Shown one piece after another: positions 59,436-64,000 of a DNA stretch of 64,000 bases (position 1 is its first letter; the number at the start of each line of letters is the position of its first letter). The stretch is from an uncultured Prevotella sp. (GTDB lineage: Bacteria; Bacteroidota; Bacteroidia; Bacteroidales; Bacteroidaceae). Below the pieces are notes generated by a model. The model had not been told where the DNA came from, made no database searches, and worked only from the letters and a program-made list of their open reading frames with translations. The stretch lies in the NCBI GenBank assembly GCA_900316015.1, contig ONBG01000003.1, positions 54,473 to 118,472 on the forward strand, given 5' to 3'. The position numbers and the translations under genes are program-made.

Positions 59436-60252
59436 TCAGAACCTGATGGCAGCCTTCGCGCCGAGCGTCATCGTATGGACATATTCACCACTGTGCTGAC
59501 TGTGTGGCGGTTGGATATTATAGTCCAGGAACAAGCCAAAGCCAAAGTGCTGTCTCACGCGATAGTCGATATTCAATCCAGAGCCTACGCCCATGCCGCC
59601 ATTGCGGGGTACATGGGTGCCGCCGATGTCGGTAGCGTTGTACTGCGTGTAAGTGGCAAGCAGTTTCGTGCCGAGGGTCCACCGCGGCGTGAGCGGGAAA
59701 GAGAAATAAGGACCGAGACTGAAATCGTAGAAGTTGAGCGTGTTCTCTGGGGCATCAGTGCCATTGACAATAAACTGCAGGTTGGATATCGTGGCGCGCC
59801 CGCCAAGACCGATGTATCGGTTCAGGAAATAAGCCCCCTCCACGCCGAGCGTCGTTCCCATGGATGTCTGGAAGTCGTTGTCCTCATTCACGTCATATCG
59901 GCTCAGCGGCACGTTGAAACCTAAATAGAATCCGAAAAGGGACGGGCGACCGTAGCCATAGATAGGCTCTTGCTGAACCTCCTTGATGTTGAGCCCCTTT
60001 TCTTCCATGATCGCATCCGCAATCCAATAGCCGAACTCCGTGGAAAGGATGCCCACGCCAGCACCCACCATGACATCGCTCAGCCAGTGCTTGTTGTTGG
60101 CCATGCGCATCAGTCCCGTCGCCGTCGCCACCGAGTAGGCTCCCACGCTCACCCATGACGAGAGATGGCCATACTCCCTGGAGAGCATAGTGGCGGTCGT
60201 GAAGGCGGTTGCAGTGTGGCCGGAGGGGAAGCTATGGTTGTTGCTGCCGACA
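59436..60252 (-). pseudogene. 5'-truncated PAP2 phosphatase + outer-membrane beta-barrel fusion gene
   Basis: RP.GSNNHSFPSGHT (motif 2), RMANNKHWLSDV (motif 3), then amphipathic beta strands ending in Phe. The native N-terminus is replaced by comEC-derived DNA. Confidence 0.8.
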
Positions 60253-60725
60253 GGGCGAGCACATGGGCGGCAGAGCTGACGGAATAGTCTTGCCTCACTT
60301 CTCTTGAAAGCTGCGACTTGTCGCCTAAGGTCATGGCAGAGACTACTGCTAACGGGTCGCCTTGCAATCCCAACCGCTGGTATTCCCCCAGCATCCCGTC
60401 GCGCCATTCCTGGGCGGTTCGGTAAAGGACATTCCCGTGCGGGCTCGGGACTGGTGGCAACGAAGTCCGTAAGCCACCTAACAAAAAGACGGCGAAAAGG
60501 AGGAGGGAGGACGAAAGCAAGGGCTTTCTCTTGACGGCCATCAACACAAAAAGGACTGGGCCTTCCACGCACAACCAGAGGAGAAAGGGAAGGGAGATGA
60601 CAGGACTCAGGAGAATCCCAAGAATCCATGCCAAAGCGATCGGGAGTAAAGGAGCCGAGTCCATCCAATTTGCTTTCAACATATAGTGGCAATACATCCG
60701 TTAATCGTCGCTGCAAACATAATCA
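60247..60725 (-). pseudogene. comEC: Truncated second copy of the comEC 5' end and promoter
   Basis: Aligns by eye at roughly 85-90% identity with 37131-37610; breaks off after AHVLALS. Confidence 0.88.
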
Positions 60726-60966
60726 GAAAAGTCAAATCATGCAAATGTTCCGTCCATTCATTAGCTTTGCAATTGCAAATATACGTGATTTATATCAAAC
60801 TGCCAAAGAAAAAATGTGGGGAAATATGGTTTATTCATTCCCCCCGTATCCTAACAAAGATGAAATTTTCTATCAAAATATTATTTTGTTTCGCATAAAA
60901 ATCATATATTTGCAATGAGAACTTTTTAATGCCAAACCATTTATTTTGAAAATTATATAAAGAAAT

Positions 60967-63315
60967 ATGAATAAATGCTTCTTTCTATCCATCATATTTT
61001 TTTGTCTTCGTACAGTTGTCTTTTCTCAGACATTCTGTATAAAGGGGACTGTAGTCTCTTCAGACACACAAGCTCCATTAGAATTTGTGAATGTTGTCCT
61101 CTCTGACAAGGATGGTAAAATATTACAAGGGGCTGTCACGGATAGTTTAGGAAGATTCAATCTTATTGTAGACAGTCATGTTCAACCAATAGGAAAAGAT
61201 CTGATATTCTCTTATCTTGGTTACGAAAGCGTCAGGCAGTCAGTGGACAAAGAAAATTTCGGCGTGATATCACTGACTCCTTCTGTCAAAGCGTTGCAAG
61301 AAGTAGTCGTGGCAGGAAGGAGGTCTCCGTTTTCAATGAAAGGAGGTACATTTACTGCCAATATACAAAGAAGCATTTTAAAAGATGCAGGAAACGCAAT
61401 GGACGTTTTAAGACAATTGCCACTGATAAATATCAAGAATGATATCGTCAACATATTCGGGAAAGGAGAAACACTCATATACATTGACAACAAGGAGCTT
61501 CACAGTAATGAGGATTTGCTTAAGCTCTCTTCAAAAAATATAAAGAAAATAGATATTATAACCACGCCTGGCGTGCAGTATTCAGCCTCGGTAGGTGCTG
61601 TGATAAGAATAACCACAACTACTCCAGATGAAGGCTTTTCTGGGATCATCCACACGAAAGTGCAAAGAGGAGAAGATTGGAGCGAAATGCTTTTGACCAA
61701 TCTTTCGTATGCGAAAAAGGGATTTTCTTTTTTTGCAGACTATTCTCTGCAGGATTTAAGGATGAAACAAAAACAACAGACAAATGTGGAGATAAACGGA
61801 CTGACTCATAATCTAATACAATCGAACAACAGCTTAAACTTAAGCAGGAGAACTCACAGTCTTGGTATAGCCGCAGAATACAAGGTATCAGAGAAGCATT
61901 TATTTGGCATCAAATACAATCATTCCTTGATAGGCAATGGACACTACAAAATATATGGGGCAACAACAGCTTATACAGGCTCGAAAAAAGATGCTGAATA
62001 CAGTCAAATATCACATTACACCCCGAATGGTAATGGCGGGAATATGAATATGTTCTATAAGGGTAAATTTTCCAAGTGGAGTGTTGACTTTAATGCTGAC
62101 TATATATATGGGCAAACAAAAACATCAGCCTCTTACGATAATAACGAGCATGTAAAGAACGTTCGAAATATTGTAAACAGTAATAGTAAGAACGACTATC
62201 GATTAGGTGCCACAAGATTGGAGTTGTCCAGAGCAATTGGCAATTCCTCTGTCTTGTTTGGAGCTGACTATGCAAGAACGCGGAACAATTCATATTACAA
62301 TAACGATGATATGGATTTACAAAACGACCTCCCGGAAACATTTACAACAAACAAGCAAGATCTGTATTCACTTTTCTTTAATTATAAGTGTAACCCATAT
62401 GATTTTGACATTGAGATGGGATTGAGATATGAATTTGTCAATCAGCTTTATTACATGAATGGAGCAAAAAGAGACGATCAAAGCAAAACATACAGCAATG
62501 TTTTCCCCACATTTGTCATTTCACGCCCTTTCTTTCATGAGAAAATGAATATGGCTTTAAGTTACAGGAGGGTTGTAAACAGACCATCCTATTACCAGCT
62601 AAGAGGTGACGTTCAATACAACTCACCCTATTCTTATGAGGCAGGAAATCCTTTATTGAAGAACACTTATATTGATGATATCAATTATACCATATCATAT
62701 TTAGACTTGAATTTCATAGCGTCCTATAAATTATACCATGACAAAATATTGTTTACAATAGACCAATTTGAGGATAAAGCCATTACCATTTCACGTTTTA
62801 CGAATGTGGATGGTTTTAAAAAGATCAGTATCGCATCGGTTTGGGATCCAACATTCTTTAAAATATGGAACCCTGAGATAGAAGTTGGATTTGAAAAGCA
62901 ATTCTTCAAATTAAGCAATGCGAATGCTGTCAATTCCTATAATAAGCCTTACCTCTACATAAGCCTGTATAATATTATCAGATTCCCACACGCACTTTCT
63001 TTTGTTACCCAAGCCAAATGTTGGACTTCATACCATTCCGGAGTTTCCCGCGAACGCAATGGAATGTTTGTAGATGCATATCTGCAAAAACATTTCCTTA
63101 ATAAGACAATGGCTTTAAAAATAGGAGCGGAAAATATCTTTAACACCTACAAGGACAAATGGGAGATGGCATTCAATACTGTAAATTACAAAAAAGATGC
63201 CAATGATGACAGCAGGTTCATCTACATTTCGTTGATATACAACCTTCATAATGCAAAAAAGTATGCAGGAAAAGGAACCCGGAATTCTGAGCGAAATCGT
63301 TTGAATACCCTATAA
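60967..63315 (+). CDS. TonB-dependent-receptor-like outer-membrane beta-barrel protein (CarboxypepD_reg-like N-terminus)
   Basis: Signal peptide, IKGTVV..LEFVNVVL..GAVTDSLGRF, LQEVVV, plug (IDIITTPG.QY.A..GAVIRI), barrel with NP.LK, ending KKYAGKG..SERNRL; AT-rich. Confidence 0.85.
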   Translation: MNKCFFLSIIFFCLRTVVFSQTFCIKGTVVSSDTQAPLEFVNVVLSDKDGKILQGAVTDSLGRFNLIVDSHVQPIGKDLIFSYLGYESVRQSVDKENFGVISLTPSVKALQEVVVAGRRSPFSMKGGTFTANIQRSILKDAGNAMDVLRQLPLINIKNDIVNIFGKGETLIYIDNKELHSNEDLLKLSSKNIKKIDIITTPGVQYSASVGAVIRITTTTPDEGFSGIIHTKVQRGEDWSEMLLTNLSYAKKGFSFFADYSLQDLRMKQKQQTNVEINGLTHNLIQSNNSLNLSRRTHSLGIAAEYKVSEKHLFGIKYNHSLIGNGHYKIYGATTAYTGSKKDAEYSQISHYTPNGNGGNMNMFYKGKFSKWSVDFNADYIYGQTKTSASYDNNEHVKNVRNIVNSNSKNDYRLGATRLELSRAIGNSSVLFGADYARTRNNSYYNNDDMDLQNDLPETFTTNKQDLYSLFFNYKCNPYDFDIEMGLRYEFVNQLYYMNGAKRDDQSKTYSNVFPTFVISRPFFHEKMNMALSYRRVVNRPSYYQLRGDVQYNSPYSYEAGNPLLKNTYIDDINYTISYLDLNFIASYKLYHDKILFTIDQFEDKAITISRFTNVDGFKKISIASVWDPTFFKIWNPEIEVGFEKQFFKLSNANAVNSYNKPYLYISLYNIIRFPHALSFVTQAKCWTSYHSGVSRERNGMFVDAYLQKHFLNKTMALKIGAENIFNTYKDKWEMAFNTVNYKKDANDDSRFIYISLIYNLHNAKKYAGKGTRNSERNRLNTL

Positions 63316-63565
63316 AATGATCACTCCTGTCACACTGCCACCTTTCGGGGTCACTGTCCTTTCCTTTCGTAGAACTCACGAATCATGTGCTTTTCTCATT
63401 TTCTTGACTCCCTTCGGGGGCACTGCCCTTCCCCTCGGCAGGAAGAGGGAAGGGGGATGGACCGGGAGGTCAGGGGCAAACGCGAAAATGGAGAAAAATA
63501 GTGAAAAAGGAAAGAATTCCTACGTTTTTGTGGGATGGAACTATGTTCATTAGAAAATAAAGCAG

Positions 63566-63573
63566 TATCTTTG
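63566..63573 (+). promoter_or_regulatory. Bacteroidota -7 promoter box (TATCTTTG), near-leaderless
   Basis: TAnnTTTG match 5 bp before ATG 63579. Confidence 0.55.
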
Positions 63574-63578
63574 CAGCC

Positions 63579-64000
63579 ATGATATTCTATTTTTCCGGAA
63601 CAGGGAACACGAAATGGGCAGCCCAGAAAGTGGCTGACTACTTAGAAGAGGAACTGGTCAACATTCCTGACGTCTTCGACGGGGACTGCCATTTTGTGTT
63701 GAAAATGGGGGAACGGATCGGGTTCTGCTTCCCCGTGCATGGCTGGCGCCCACCTCTTTATATCCGGCAGTTCATCCGGAAACTGTCTTTCGACAACGCC
63801 GACGACCATTTCTGCTGGGCCCTCTGCACGGCAGGGGATGACATCGGGGAAACCATCAGCATCCTGCAAAAAGACCTGGAACCAAAAGGTTTGCAAGTCG
63901 CAAGTGCCGTGTCGTTGGTCATGCCTGAGTCGTATGTCGGGCTCCCCTTCATGGACGTGGACACTCCCGAGAAGGAAAGGCTGAAAAAAGAGAAGGCAGA
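63579..64000 (+). CDS. EFR1-family flavodoxin/ferredoxin protein (5' part; runs off window)
   Basis: Not in the ORF track. MIFYFSGTGNTKWAAQKVA..RIGFCFPVHGWRPP..CTAGDDIGET..MPESYVGLPFMDVD. Confidence 0.85.
   Translation, partial: MIFYFSGTGNTKWAAQKVADYLEEELVNIPDVFDGDCHFVLKMGERIGFCFPVHGWRPPLYIRQFIRKLSFDNADDHFCWALCTAGDDIGETISILQKDLEPKGLQVASAVSLVMPESYVGLPFMDVDTPEKERLKKEKA

Noticed and set aside
59436-60716. 426-aa ORF read as one intact gene
   Set aside because: The N-terminal ~155 aa are an alternative frame of comEC, also open in the intact copy (36944-37600). Its TTG start lies inside the TATGTTTG -7 box, so it is a chimeric artefact of the junction.

Overview
Bacteroidota (Prevotella-like) chromosomal window; the taxonomic call rests on gene families and TAnnTTTG -7 promoter boxes. 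From about 1 to 37.6 kb it is mostly housekeeping: lptC, an outer-membrane barrel, lnb, an alkaline-phosphatase-fold protein, secA, rnpB, degP, sigA, dpp4, mtaB, carAB, purF, wza, dapA, truA and comEC. It also carries a compact HPr-kinase-like + S26 peptidase + PqqD/RRE cassette with no visible precursor peptide, and an unannotated 57-aa lipoprotein. From about 37.6 to 60.7 kb is an accessory segment bracketed by two diverged direct copies of the comEC 5' end. It holds a stretch of pseudogenes, an intact GC-rich ECF/anti-sigma-linked polysaccharide utilisation locus (susC, lyase-like lipoprotein, susD, GH127, an unassigned glycosidase-like protein, a T9SS cargo), a dead IS66, an HU-like/smalltalk cassette and a comEC::PAP2 junction with microhomology. 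The window ends with an AT-rich TonB-receptor-like gene and a partial EFR1-type flavodoxin-ferredoxin. A ~200-bp palindrome-rich non-coding element occurs twice, about 28 kb apart. I saw no rRNA, tRNA or CRISPR array. Family assignments come from motif recognition only, and GC and identity values are estimates by eye.
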